Part shown: in pieces, positions 1 through 9,778 of the stretch
Layout: every line of letters starts with the position of its first letter
Position numbering within the stretch: the stretch's first letter is position 1
Origin: a virus
DNA length: 64,000 bases
IMG/VR virus record: IMGVR_UViG_3300025534_000004
Location: 1-64,000 of that record
Direction: 5' to 3' (one strand)
Notes under the pieces: model-generated
Seen by the model: only the letters and a program-made list of their open reading frames with translations
What the model was told of the DNA's origin: nothing
Database searches by the model: none
Program-made: the position numbers and the translations under genes

Positions 1-126
1 CGGCTCACGGAGAGCACACGCCCGCCCCTCGCGGCATCCCCTGTGGGAGGTGAGACTGGGCACCGCGTCCCTCGCTTTCTGTTTCCTATGTGTCCGGTGC
101 GATGAACGCGGCGCGCTGGATGGGAT

Positions 127-474
127 TCAGCAGCCGATAAGCTGCCCGGTGCGCGTGATTGTGCAGCGGTTGCCCATTGAGTCGGTCGAGTGGCAGCCGG
201 TCGCATCGCACCACGACCGGACGGAGTAGCTGTTGCCCATACTGTCGGTAGAGGTGATCTCGTTGCCGCCGCCGGGTAAGCGCCGCGTCCGCGTGTCCAG
301 CGAGTAGGTGTTTCCGAGGGTATCGTAGGACCGGATGCTTATGTCGCCCGAGGGCGAGGTGTAGGTATCCGTGCAAACCCGGTAAGGGTACTCTCCGAAG
401 CATTCGGCGCGGGCGGGGACTGCATCCAGCACGCCCCAGATCACCACGGCCGCAAGGCCAGCAGCGCGCAGCAT
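127..474 (-). CDS. Secreted Cys-containing hypothetical protein
   Basis: 115-aa ORF, signal-peptide-like N-terminus, GGAGG RBS, repeated DSMGN motifs. Confidence 0.65.
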   Translation of the reverse strand: MLRAAGLAAVVIWGVLDAVPARAECFGEYPYRVCTDTYTSPSGDISIRSYDTLGNTYSLDTRTRRLPGGGNEITSTDSMGNSYSVRSWCDATGCHSTDSMGNRCTITRTGQLIGC

Positions 475-620
475 CGTATCCTCCTGCGGTGGTTTCCGAG
501 AGCAACCTACATCGTTGCATAGCTGAAGTGAAGTCCGGGCTGCGTCCGTGGTGAACTTGATAATTCCGGTTGACGAAACTGATTTGCGGCGTCTAGTGCC
601 TTCGTTCGAAACGGAAACGG

Positions 621-1151
621 ATGAATGTCGTGCGTAAGTTCCTCAAATATCTCGGTTTTCCGGTGGCAATCATCGCACTGGTACTCGGATTGAACTTCAT
701 TTCGGTCGGCCGTCAAGCTTTCGCCGTCACTGGCCGACCCAGTAACAAGGGAATCTCGGTACTTACTTACCACCATTATCTGGTAAAACCCGGTGCGCTT
801 GTGATCGACATCCGGAGCGTGGACGGCGACAAGGCGCCCCTCGATGTGATACGGGTGTTCTTCCAGATCGCCGAACAGTTTAAGGACTGCGAGTTCTCCG
901 AAGTTCGCCTTGCCTTTCGCGGTGAGACGCGTTTCCTGATCCGACCCGAGCGATTCCGGACCATCGGGCGCGAGTATGCCTTCCAGAACCCGCTCTATGT
1001 GATCCGCACCATGCCCGAGGACTTGCTGCTCCCCGACGGCCGCCCGGCCTATGGCCGGTGGACTGGCGGCTGGCTCGGCGTGATGGGCAAGCAGATGGAG
1101 GATTTCAGCGACTTTTATAAGCGGTGGTTCATGGCCGATCTGGTGCGGTAG
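621..1151 (+). CDS. Membrane-anchored hypothetical protein
   Basis: 176 aa, single N-terminal TM helix, TTGACG upstream at ~570. Confidence 0.7.
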   Translation: MNVVRKFLKYLGFPVAIIALVLGLNFISVGRQAFAVTGRPSNKGISVLTYHHYLVKPGALVIDIRSVDGDKAPLDVIRVFFQIAEQFKDCEFSEVRLAFRGETRFLIRPERFRTIGREYAFQNPLYVIRTMPEDLLLPDGRPAYGRWTGGWLGVMGKQMEDFSDFYKRWFMADLVR

Positions 1152-1419
1152 AGCACCGGACACACGGCAGAACTCCGGCGGGCGGCCTGATTTCTGGCCG
1201 TTCGTTGCACGGTACCGATGAATTCCGCCCGCCTTCTGAACCGGTGGGCGAAACCCACCATCTCCGGTACAGAAAGGTGCGGGGCGTCAACGCTCACGGG
1301 TTCTTGTGTTGCTACCGGCGCGTGCATACGCAGACTTTCCACGCCCATTGCTATTGATTTTCACGGGCACTTCCCTTGTTGCCTTTTGGGACGATCCCAT
1401 AACCTCCTTGGAGGTGGGC

Positions 1420-1596
1420 ATGGCTGTTGATGGACGCCACATTGAGCGACTTCTGTCCAAGCACCGCCAGCTTGAGGAGAGGATCAAGGGTGAGGAACGG
1501 CGCCTGACGCGAAATGAATCGCTGATCAGGCGCCTCAAGGTTGAAAAGCTACGCATCAAGGACGTAGTGGCCCGGATGCGCGGTGCATCGGTCTGA
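1420..1596 (+). CDS. DUF465/YdcH-family coiled-coil protein
   Basis: H..LE..I..EE.R......IRRLK.EKLRIKD signature; GGAGG RBS before ATG 1420. Confidence 0.8.
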   Translation: MAVDGRHIERLLSKHRQLEERIKGEERRLTRNESLIRRLKVEKLRIKDVVARMRGASV

Positions 1597-1718
1597 ACCT
1601 GCTGCTTCGGCAGCATCCGAGCGGTCTCCGGGATGTCCGGCCCTTTCCCGGAGAGCCGGGCCGGAGGGAAGTCGGTGTGGGGACCGACGAGAACCTCCTT
1701 CCGGCCTTAAACCGCAGA

Positions 1719-2294
1719 CTACTGCAATTTGCCAGCCCTGCGTAGCTGGGCGGCGTGTTCCATATGCGCGCGCATCGCCTCCTTGGCCTCGGGGAGGTTG
1801 CTCAGTTCGGCGCGCGCTCCGTCGATGTCCATGGCCTTGAGCCAGCCGGGCATGGTCCTGACATCGATGTTCCCGGTGCTGATGGCCTGACCGAGGTCAA
1901 GGCCGCGTCGCGCGCCGATCTCGGCCTTGACGTAGAAGAAGCGGTCGCCCGTGAGGCGATAGACCATCTGCCCGCACAGTCCGACGTGGTCGATGTCATG
2001 CCGCAGCGAGCAAGCCACCATGGTGGCGTAGATCGCCCCGAGAAGCGCCTGATCCTCCTCGGTGAGCTTCGGAGGCAGCTTGGCTCCGAGTAGCTCTCCG
2101 ATCATCCGCGCCTCATCACCGATATCCTCCCGCTTCTGGATCACGGCGGAGGGCGGCATGTAGCTGCCGGTGAGCTTTTGGCGAACGGCCGCGAGGTTCT
2201 GATCCGCGTTATCGAGGTTCGTGTCGATCAGGTAATAGCCCTGATAGAATGCCACCTGTGGGACGATCACCCCGAAATATCCGATCTTGGCCAT
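1719..2294 (-). CDS. Hypothetical protein
   Basis: 191-aa ORF with GAGG RBS. Confidence 0.7.
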   Translation of the reverse strand: MAKIGYFGVIVPQVAFYQGYYLIDTNLDNADQNLAAVRQKLTGSYMPPSAVIQKREDIGDEARMIGELLGAKLPPKLTEEDQALLGAIYATMVACSLRHDIDHVGLCGQMVYRLTGDRFFYVKAEIGARRGLDLGQAISTGNIDVRTMPGWLKAMDIDGARAELSNLPEAKEAMRAHMEHAAQLRRAGKLQ

Positions 2295-2405
2295 TATGAT
2301 ACCTCACCGCACAGGCGCACTATACAAACAAATCCGTTTCCGTCAACGCATTTTCTTAGTACTTTTCATGTCGAGGGTGGCGGAAACGAAGGGCCGAATG
2401 TCGTT

Positions 2406-3074
2406 TCAGCCCTCGGTCTTTTTCCGCCAGACCGACAAGTGGTCGTGGATGCCGCGCCACTGCGGAATTTCGACATAACCCGTCTCCTCGAAGTCCTTGT
2501 CAAGTGTCTCGAACAGGGAGTCGTCGCCGACCGCGCCGCCCTGTCCTTCGCTGACGAGGAACAGCATCCGCCCCGGCTGCATCCGCATGACCGCCTCGGT
2601 GGCCCACGTCTCGCCCAGCGAGGGCCAGACCAGCAGCAGGTTCCGGTCCGGGTGACGGGCCACGAATTCATCGGCCGAGCAGGTCTCGACAGGGAAATAT
2701 CGGCCGACAGGCTGGCTGTAATGCTGGCCGCCGATATCGCAGGCCAGCACATCGCCCCCATGTACCTCCACTAAGGCGGCCCAGAAGCCCGTCCCGGCTC
2801 CTCCCTCGATCACCGGCCCAGCCCCGGCGATCATGTTCAGGGCCTCGGAGCAAGGCACCGCGTAGGAGACCTCCCGGCAGAATGCCTCGCGCGCCTTGTA
2901 TTGCGCAATGAAGGTATCCGGGTGCTCCATGAGTTGCGTGATGTCCGCCGTGGGCTGGAACCGGAAATTCCAGAAAACGCCGTGGAGCCCATACCGGGTT
3001 TGAATGGTCAAACAATCAGGGCAGCCGGTGTCGAGCCAGCCCTCGGCAATCCTGCGGGTCAGCAGTTCCGTCAT
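2406..3074 (-). CDS. Class I SAM-dependent methyltransferase-like protein
   Basis: Motif I VIEGGAGTGFW, then LLLVWP; ATGA overlap with upstream gene. Confidence 0.7.
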   Translation of the reverse strand: MTELLTRRIAEGWLDTGCPDCLTIQTRYGLHGVFWNFRFQPTADITQLMEHPDTFIAQYKAREAFCREVSYAVPCSEALNMIAGAGPVIEGGAGTGFWAALVEVHGGDVLACDIGGQHYSQPVGRYFPVETCSADEFVARHPDRNLLLVWPSLGETWATEAVMRMQPGRMLFLVSEGQGGAVGDDSLFETLDKDFEETGYVEIPQWRGIHDHLSVWRKKTEG

Positions 3075-3331
3075 GAATAGAACACCTCGGCGGCGCGCTT
3101 GATGCGCTCGATCTCGGCGCGTTGCGCCTTGGTCAGCTTCGGGTTGATGCGATAATGCGCGGGCCGCGTCTCCGAGCGTTCCAGAAGCCCCTCCATCGTC
3201 ATCTGTGCAAGACGGTAGTGCAGCGTGGCACGGGAGGCCCCGGTCATGCGCGCGAGGTCTGGGGAGGCGATCCATCCCTTACCGTCGAGCGCATGGATCA
3301 GGTCCACGGCCAGCTTGGTGATGCGCTCCAT
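3071..3331 (-). CDS. Winged HTH DNA-binding protein (IclR-type HTH)
   Basis: DLARMTGASRATLHYRLAQMTMEGLLER. Confidence 0.75.
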   Translation of the reverse strand: MERITKLAVDLIHALDGKGWIASPDLARMTGASRATLHYRLAQMTMEGLLERSETRPAHYRINPKLTKAQRAEIERIKRAAEVFYS

Positions 3332-3333
3332 CG

Positions 3334-3729
3334 TCAGTCCAGCACCTCGACGGTGACGCGGATGCGCTTGCCGATCAGGCTTTCGATCACCGGATGCTGA
3401 CTGCGCTCGGACCAGCTTCGCAGTTGGACGTGGAAGCCCTCCTCCGAGTTCGGGTCATCCGGAACGTCCATATCCGCAATCACCGCCTTTCCTGCATCCT
3501 CGCGGCTGACGTATTTCTCGGGCAGGCTGCCCTCGATGACGATGCGGGCCGGACCATCATGTGAAATTTCGGCGCATTCATCACAGATCACCATGGCATC
3601 CGTCTCGGTCTCGACCGCGATGCGCGTGCCGTCCGAAAACAGGAAACGCCAGATGTTTGCCGCCGACACATCGGCCTTTGCGATGGTCTTTCCTTCAAAA
3701 TCCGAAGGCGTGGCATCCCTGTGGCTCAT
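3334..3729 (-). CDS. Hypothetical protein
   Basis: 131-aa ORF coupled to neighbours. Confidence 0.7.
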   Translation of the reverse strand: MSHRDATPSDFEGKTIAKADVSAANIWRFLFSDGTRIAVETETDAMVICDECAEISHDGPARIVIEGSLPEKYVSREDAGKAVIADMDVPDDPNSEEGFHVQLRSWSERSQHPVIESLIGKRIRVTVEVLD

Positions 3730-4376
3730 GTCCGCCCCTCCAATCCCATGATCAGATCACGGAAGCCATCCATCACCGTCAGCACGGCAGGCCGCATCAC
3801 GAGATCATTGGCGGCCGTTTCCTCGCCCCGGTCCCGCACGCCCATCACCGAACACCTGAGATACAGGACCACGAATTCAGCCGGAAAATTGCCTCCCACG
3901 AAAGCAGTCACCCGCTCGCAACCCGACTGCCATTCCCGGTAGGCGTCGGTGTTGCGGTAGATCGAGCCCCAATCGCGCATGATCTTCCGCAGGCGCTCGA
4001 CGACCTCGTGGGCGAGGTGGATGACCACCCCATAGCCCGCCTTCGCCGGATTGATCCTCGGGTCGAGCGTCGTGACCCGGCCGGAGGCAATGTCATCGAA
4101 GCTCGGCAGCACATCCACCAGTTCATGGTATTGCATGAACTGGGACGCACCGTCCTCCCCGAGGGCATCCACGACCGTGGCCCGGACCTCGGCCTCGCTC
4201 AGTTTCTCGTCCCCGAGGGCATCGGACACTCGCTGCCAGCCCTCCTCGCCCGCAAAAGCCCAGCCGGTGGGATGCAGTGGCCCGAAGGCCGTCAGGAAGC
4301 CCAGCACCGAGGGATGGATGTCGTTCTGAACCGCCCAGTCGAGGAGTTCGGCGGGGGTGATCAGTTGCTTGCGCAC
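3726..4376 (-). CDS. Protein resembling the C-terminal half of phage MoxR-like AAA ATPases (no P-loop)
   Basis: LLDWAVQNDIHPSVLGFL...W..VS resembles the lid region of these ATPases; no Walker A/B. Confidence 0.5.
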   Translation of the reverse strand: MRKQLITPAELLDWAVQNDIHPSVLGFLTAFGPLHPTGWAFAGEEGWQRVSDALGDEKLSEAEVRATVVDALGEDGASQFMQYHELVDVLPSFDDIASGRVTTLDPRINPAKAGYGVVIHLAHEVVERLRKIMRDWGSIYRNTDAYREWQSGCERVTAFVGGNFPAEFVVLYLRCSVMGVRDRGEETAANDLVMRPAVLTVMDGFRDLIMGLEGRT

Positions 4377-4394
4377 GGGCTTCTCCGTACCGGC

Positions 4395-4811
4395 TCAGAG
4401 GGTGGCGTAGAAGGCTTCGCGGGTCGCCTTGAGGGCGGCGTCCAGCCGAGCCTTCTGCTCGGGAGTCAGGCGCTTGCGCTTGAGCCGCTCGCCACGCTGG
4501 ACCTTGTGCTCGCTGTAGCCCCACTTCATCTTCATGTAGAGCAGGTCGGCGTCGTTCACCGTCTCCATGAGGATGTAGTCCACGTACCGGTTGCCGTTCT
4601 GGTGCGCATAGCAGACCACCCGATACCGGTGACCGCGCGGCTTGTCCACATACCTCTTGCGCAGCCATGCCACGACCTCCTCGGCCGGGACCGTGGCCTT
4701 CTCGACGAAGATTTTGTGCTTGAACACGAGGTAATAGGGCTCGTCCCTGACGGTGCGCCCGAAGTCCCGCAGCACCGTCGGGTTGCCGTTGTAGTTCAGC
4801 GAAACCGTCAT
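4395..4811 (-). CDS. Hypothetical basic protein
   Basis: ORF with GGAGG RBS; TTGACT-17-TACAAG promoter at 4867-4895. Confidence 0.7.
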   Translation of the reverse strand: MTVSLNYNGNPTVLRDFGRTVRDEPYYLVFKHKIFVEKATVPAEEVVAWLRKRYVDKPRGHRYRVVCYAHQNGNRYVDYILMETVNDADLLYMKMKWGYSEHKVQRGERLKRKRLTPEQKARLDAALKATREAFYATL

Positions 4812-4905
4812 TCGAGCCCTCCTCTCCTTCCGGCGCCAGAATATCGCGGTTGCCGATCTGGTTGGTCTTGTATGGGCAGGTTGGAATAAAGTCAAGTGGC
4901 GTCGG

Positions 4906-4942
4906 AAAAAAAAGGACGGCGCCGGGGTTCCGGCGCCGTCCT
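4906..4942 (-). terminator. Intrinsic terminator
   Basis: AGGACGGCGCCGG/CCGGCGCCGTCCT stem followed by 8 U on the minus strand. Confidence 0.85.
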
Positions 4943-4966
4943 GTCCATCCCTGCCCTTCTCGCCGG

Positions 4967-5452
4967 TCAGGCTTTCACGGGGGCCTCGCCACCCTGCCCG
5001 AAGGCGGCCCGGAGCCGGGCCACCGTGTCCTCGTACTCTGCGCGGGTCTCGTAGGGAGTGAACTCGACCCGACCGTCCTTCTGGGGCACCACGATTACCC
5101 CATGGATGCCCCGCAGCGACCCCGTTGGCAGCTTGCCAAGCAGGTAGAGCAGGTTCTCGATGAGGGCGTTCTGCATCTCGGCGTCAGAGAACCGCGTGCT
5201 GCCGCTCTCAAGCTCCTTCATCAGGGCAATGGTGCTGCTCACCACGTATTTCTTCCGGGCCTCGTCATCAAATTTGGCGCCGCCCTTCTTCCGCTGCGCC
5301 ATGTCGATCAGGCGGTCCTTGGTTTTGGTCACCTGCGCGATGGCATCCAGCCGCTCCCGGCCCTCGAACACCATGTTCTCAAGGAGCACGGTGATGGCAA
5401 GTTTCCGACCGGAGTAATTCGTGGCCGTCCGTTGGATGGCGGGTTCAGCCAT
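4967..5452 (-). CDS. Hypothetical protein
   Basis: ORF from MAEPAIQR, last gene of the uvsX-uvsY run. Confidence 0.7.
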   Translation of the reverse strand: MAEPAIQRTATNYSGRKLAITVLLENMVFEGRERLDAIAQVTKTKDRLIDMAQRKKGGAKFDDEARKKYVVSSTIALMKELESGSTRFSDAEMQNALIENLLYLLGKLPTGSLRGIHGVIVVPQKDGRVEFTPYETRAEYEDTVARLRAAFGQGGEAPVKA

Positions 5453-5627
5453 GATCTTCTTCCAGTCGGTCGAGAGCGTCCGGTCCCGCTGCCTTGATGA
5501 GTGCCTGCTCCAACTCGGCGATGTAGGACAGCACCGCCCCAACGGCACTGGCGCTGTCCTTCCACCGGTAAGGCACGCTACTCCGCAGCACGCGATCCAT
5601 CTCCACAAGCCGTTCCTCGGCGGTCAT
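5445..5627 (-). CDS. Small hypothetical protein
   Basis: 60 aa, ATGA-coupled to uvsY. Confidence 0.6.
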   Translation of the reverse strand: MTAEERLVEMDRVLRSSVPYRWKDSASAVGAVLSYIAELEQALIKAAGPDALDRLEEDHG

Positions 5628-6097
5628 GTCAGTATCGCATCCTCCATCCCGGCCGCCCGCAGCTTGGTGATGTTTCCAAGCTGGTAGTGCAGCGATTCAA
5701 GCCCCTTGGTGAAGGCGAGGAACTTGTTCCTCACGAGGGAAATCTGATTGCGCAACAGCGCGAGCGCCACGACCTCGTCGTCCGCCGCCGCGAACTTCTC
5801 GGCCATCCGGTCCGAGAGGTCGCGGTTGTAGTGCTCGATGTAGTGCCTGCGGCGCTCGCCGAGCTTCTGGTTCTCGCGGATTTCGAGGTAATTCATGATC
5901 GCCTCGATCTCCTGCAACTGCGCGAACCGGTGGGCCATGATGCTCGGGATGCGCATCTGCACCGTTTCGAGCCGCTGTCCCCGGATGTCGAGGTCCTTCT
6001 GCGCTTCCTCGTACTCCGCCTCGAAATACTCATAGGCGTCGAGCACGGGCGTCAGGTCATTCGGATCACGCGTGACCTTGCTGTACCATCGGGACAT
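5624..6097 (-). CDS. uvsY: UvsY-like recombination mediator
   Basis: 157-aa helical protein ending KGLE......LGNITKLRAAG, two genes downstream of uvsX. Confidence 0.7.
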   Translation of the reverse strand: MSRWYSKVTRDPNDLTPVLDAYEYFEAEYEEAQKDLDIRGQRLETVQMRIPSIMAHRFAQLQEIEAIMNYLEIRENQKLGERRRHYIEHYNRDLSDRMAEKFAAADDEVVALALLRNQISLVRNKFLAFTKGLESLHYQLGNITKLRAAGMEDAILT

Positions 6098-6100
6098 ACG

Positions 6101-6349
6101 TCAGTCCTCGAAGTCCTCGAAGTCCTCGTAGCCGCCGTCATCGTCGTCACGGCCATCGGAGAACACAGCGTCAAGCGCCTCGGCGAGGGTTTCATCCTCG
6201 TCGGCGGCATCCGCCATGTCCTTATGGTCCATGCCGAACTCGGCGAAGGCCCGGACGATGCCCTCCGCCACCTCGGCGCGGTAGGCGGCCGGGAGGCGGT
6301 CGCGGACCGCCTCCCACGTCTCGATCAGGAGGCGAGCCTCAGCCTGCAT
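6101..6349 (-). CDS. Acidic hypothetical protein
   Basis: Between uvsX and uvsY, D/E-rich tail. Confidence 0.65.
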   Translation of the reverse strand: MQAEARLLIETWEAVRDRLPAAYRAEVAEGIVRAFAEFGMDHKDMADAADEDETLAEALDAVFSDGRDDDDGGYEDFEDFED

Positions 6350-7448
6350 CGTTGCCATCCACCCCTTCGATGGCCGCGAGGGTGTCATCGACACCGACCG
6401 GCTTGTCGTCTGCTTTCTCCCAGTGCTCCCACTCCTCCATGATCTGGTCGAGGATGCCGGTGGACTTGAAGTTCTTGCGCCAATCCTTGCGGGTTTCGCC
6501 GGTCACCGGGGAGGTATAAATCCACCGCTGACCGTCCTTTTTGATCACGCCCTTCTTCTCGAACAGATCGAACAGCCCACTGTAGGGGTCCATGCCCGTG
6601 TCATAGGGAATGTTGATGTAGAGCTTCTCGAACGGCTTCGCGTAGCGCGATTTGCGCACCACCACGGAGGAGCGGATACCCGCGACCTCGCCGCCGACCA
6701 GCTTGTTGCCCTCCTCGTCCTCCTTGAGGAGCAGCTTGTTCATCTGAACGATGATCGAGGAGGCGTACTCCAGCATCTTGCCGCCGGAGATGGTATCCGG
6801 CTTGTACTGGTCCTGAGAGGCGTAGACGTGATTGGTGCAGACCATGCCGATGGGCTGGCTGGCGATCTTCGCGAGCGCCACGCGGACCATGTTGGTGATT
6901 TGCTTCGCCTTGAGGCCAAGGTCGCCTTTCTGATCGCCCTCCTCGAACTGCTTCTCCTGATTCGGCGTGATGAGCATACCGACGCTGTCGATGATGATCA
7001 GCATCCGGGCGCGCTGTTCGTACGGGAGCGGGTCGTTCTCCGCGCGGTAGTTGTCGATCACCATGCCGATGAACTTGGCCGTGTCATCGACCGTCGCCAC
7101 CTTCGCCATCCAGAGATTTTCGATGTCGGTGGCGATGTCGAACTTCTTAAGCCACGACTCGTCGAGACCACCTTCGGTGTCGATGACGATGGGGTAGATG
7201 CCCTTCTTCTGGCAGTCGCGGACGAGATTCGCCGTGGCGATGTAGCTCTTGCCCGAGCCGGAATCGCCCGCGAACATGGTGAACTTGCCCTCAAGCGGAA
7301 TGCCACCGTCGAAGCGACCGCTGATGAGGTAATTAAGCGCGTAGCAGCCGGTATCAAGCCACGTGGTGGGATCGTTGAAGCCGGTTGAAATTCCGGGGAT
7401 GGACTTGTCAACCTGCTTGCGGAGCTTGGAAAGGTCGAATGGCTTCAT
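6339..7448 (-). CDS. uvsX: UvsX/RecA-like recombinase
   Basis: TGCYALNYLISG, Walker A GDSGSGKS, IDTE, Walker B IIIDSVG, TNH, SGG motifs. Confidence 0.95.
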   Translation of the reverse strand: MKPFDLSKLRKQVDKSIPGISTGFNDPTTWLDTGCYALNYLISGRFDGGIPLEGKFTMFAGDSGSGKSYIATANLVRDCQKKGIYPIVIDTEGGLDESWLKKFDIATDIENLWMAKVATVDDTAKFIGMVIDNYRAENDPLPYEQRARMLIIIDSVGMLITPNQEKQFEEGDQKGDLGLKAKQITNMVRVALAKIASQPIGMVCTNHVYASQDQYKPDTISGGKMLEYASSIIVQMNKLLLKEDEEGNKLVGGEVAGIRSSVVVRKSRYAKPFEKLYINIPYDTGMDPYSGLFDLFEKKGVIKKDGQRWIYTSPVTGETRKDWRKNFKSTGILDQIMEEWEHWEKADDKPVGVDDTLAAIEGVDGNDAG

Positions 7449-7534
7449 GAACGTGCTTTCTGGAAAATCGGATAGAAAGGCGTCGTGATCTCATGACCTA
7501 CGGCGCCTTTCTTCACTCGGAAGCTGCGCGGCTG

Positions 7535-8590
7535 TTAGCCGTTGCGGCCCATCGTCTTTTCGCGGATTTTCGCGAGAATGTCGGCGGCCTGCGGCTTGCC
7601 ACCTGCGGTGGCCGTGGAGGTAGCCGGTGCGGCGGCCGGAGCCGCAGCCGTGGGTGCAGCCGCAGATGCAGCCGGGGCGGCACGTTCCTCGTTCATCACC
7701 GAGCGGGCCTGCACCGTCGTGGTGGTGCGGGCCGGTGGCAGCGCGTCCTCGTCGCCGGACCGCTTGCCGTCACGCCCACCGCCATAGGCGCGGTACCACT
7801 TGCCATAGCTGGCGTGGTCGAACGGCTTGCCCGCGAGCGAGTCGTGGAACATCTGCTTGATGGCCTCGATCTCGTCGGCATCGGGCACGCGGCCGAGATA
7901 GTCCTTGAGGTTCCAGAGCCCGTGCTGATCGATGGCGATCAACTCGTTCTCGCTCAGCGGGCGGGTACGGAACGACCACTGCGAGGTGCCGTAGTTCGCC
8001 CACTCGCCCTTGCGGGTCTTGGAGATTTTGAAGTCACGCCCGCCATGGTAGTCGGTCGGCAGGTCCTCGAACTCGGGGTTTGACAGGGACTTGTAGATGA
8101 TGTCGTACAGCGACGGGCCGATGACGAAGCGGCGGATCGGGTTCTCCGGCGCATTCTCCTCGACGAACGGGCTGCTCACGACGAAGCCCTGAAAGATGTA
8201 GGACTTCTTCTTGTAGTAGGTGCGCGCCAGTTCCTTCTTCGAGTCATCCTTCCACCACGGCCGCGTCTCCGCGATCACCGGGCAGGTCATGCCGAACATG
8301 TCGATGCAGGGCACGGTGACGGTCACCGGACGGTCGGTCGGATAGTCGCCGCCGACGACGCCCGCGAAGGGGAACTTGAGGACCTGACGCTCACGCCAGA
8401 AGAACAGGTTGTCCGGGTCGCCGTCCGGCAGGAAGCGCACGACGGCCGAAGAATCCTCGGGGATGTTCCAGAAGGGGTAGGAGGCGTTGTCGCCGTTGTT
8501 GGAAGTGGAGCGGTTCAGGCCGCCCTTCTTTTTCTCCTGCTCCTCGCGCAAACGCTGGGCGAGAAGCTGCATCGGGGTAAGCTGAGTCAT
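7535..8590 (-). CDS. Single-stranded DNA-binding protein (T4 gp32-like)
   Basis: VRFLPDGD, C....CP, GRDFKISKT.KGEWANY.TS motifs; directly upstream of uvsX. Confidence 0.9.
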   Translation of the reverse strand: MTQLTPMQLLAQRLREEQEKKKGGLNRSTSNNGDNASYPFWNIPEDSSAVVRFLPDGDPDNLFFWRERQVLKFPFAGVVGGDYPTDRPVTVTVPCIDMFGMTCPVIAETRPWWKDDSKKELARTYYKKKSYIFQGFVVSSPFVEENAPENPIRRFVIGPSLYDIIYKSLSNPEFEDLPTDYHGGRDFKISKTRKGEWANYGTSQWSFRTRPLSENELIAIDQHGLWNLKDYLGRVPDADEIEAIKQMFHDSLAGKPFDHASYGKWYRAYGGGRDGKRSGDEDALPPARTTTTVQARSVMNEERAAPAASAAAPTAAAPAAAPATSTATAGGKPQAADILAKIREKTMGRNG

Positions 8591-8876
8591 TCTGAAATTT
8601 GCCTTCGTAAAATGCCAATCAAATGTGTTGCTTTGAGTTTGCCTTGATCCGTGGGTCCGGCTCGGGAGAGCTTTTCCCAACGGAACGTCCCTATTTAGCC
8701 TGCACGCCTAATTTCGTGCTTCGCTCGGGATGGGTTCTTTCTAACGTATCGCGGTTCTCCGCGTCAATGATAATCGGTGGCACCCCGTTCATTCAGTTCG
8801 CATCCTGCCGACCAGTGCAGACGCAAGGCGGGCGGCATGATCGCATCGCGGGCACCGTGTCCGGTTTCATCCGGCT

Positions 8877-9446
8877 TCACTTGCAGCTTTTTATGATGTG
8901 CATGACCCGTGCTAGGCGGGTATCAAACGGTCCGTCGATGCGATACAGCCGATCCGTCTTGAACAGATTGCAGAACACGAGGTCCATATGTGCTTCGAGC
9001 GTGCGCAGTTCTTCGGCGGTCTGGAAGCGCGTGCCGTCGTCGATGTTGGTGCCCGACTGCGATGGTAGGTAGAAGATGAGATCGTAGCGACGCAGGAAAA
9101 GATCGTCGAGCAGGAAGCGGTACATGTCATGCAGGACTAACCGCTGACGGCTGTCGCTCATGTCGGCGTACAGCGCCGCGTAGAAGTACGGTGTCAGAGT
9201 GCCGCTATCGACGATGACGTAGTCCACGCTGGCCGGGACCGCATCCTCAAGCTCCATCTGGTGCTGGCGGGTGCGGTACTGCTCCCAAATCGACTTCATC
9301 GGCCCGTGCCGGTGAATATCGTGGCGTACCCACTCGTGGATCGCTTCGGTATTGACGCCTTGCTGCTTGAGCGTGGTGTACACATCCGCCGCGAGCGTGG
9401 ACTTCCCCGAGCCGGGCGGACCGATGAACGCAATTTTTTGGGACAA
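8877..9446 (-). CDS. P-loop NTPase/nucleoside kinase (NadR/AAA_28-like)
   Basis: IAFIGPPGSGKSTLA, VIVDS, YDLIFYLP, DDGTR. Confidence 0.8.
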   Translation of the reverse strand: MSQKIAFIGPPGSGKSTLAADVYTTLKQQGVNTEAIHEWVRHDIHRHGPMKSIWEQYRTRQHQMELEDAVPASVDYVIVDSGTLTPYFYAALYADMSDSRQRLVLHDMYRFLLDDLFLRRYDLIFYLPSQSGTNIDDGTRFQTAEELRTLEAHMDLVFCNLFKTDRLYRIDGPFDTRLARVMHIIKSCK

Positions 9447-9778
9447 GCAATGACCTCCTGAAATCGCCGGGACGATAACAGAAGGCGGTTTCCGCCGTCC
9501 ATATTTCCCTGCGGGGCGAAGACGCGTCAGGCGGCGCGGCCGGTCACGCCGCGCGACAACTCGCCGAAGCGGAAGGCAGGGCAGCAGCGATGCGGGACAG
9601 GTCCTTCGCTTCCAGCCAAACGCAGGTCTCGAACTGCGTGACGAAATTAAACATGCGCGGTCGTCCCGGCCGTCGGCGGCTATCCGCCCGACGTGCCGGT
9701 CCGATACCTTGATGTTGTCGAAGTGGCTACGCCGGGCGGCTGGCCCGTGGAAATATCTTGCTGGAAAACCTCTGCCTA

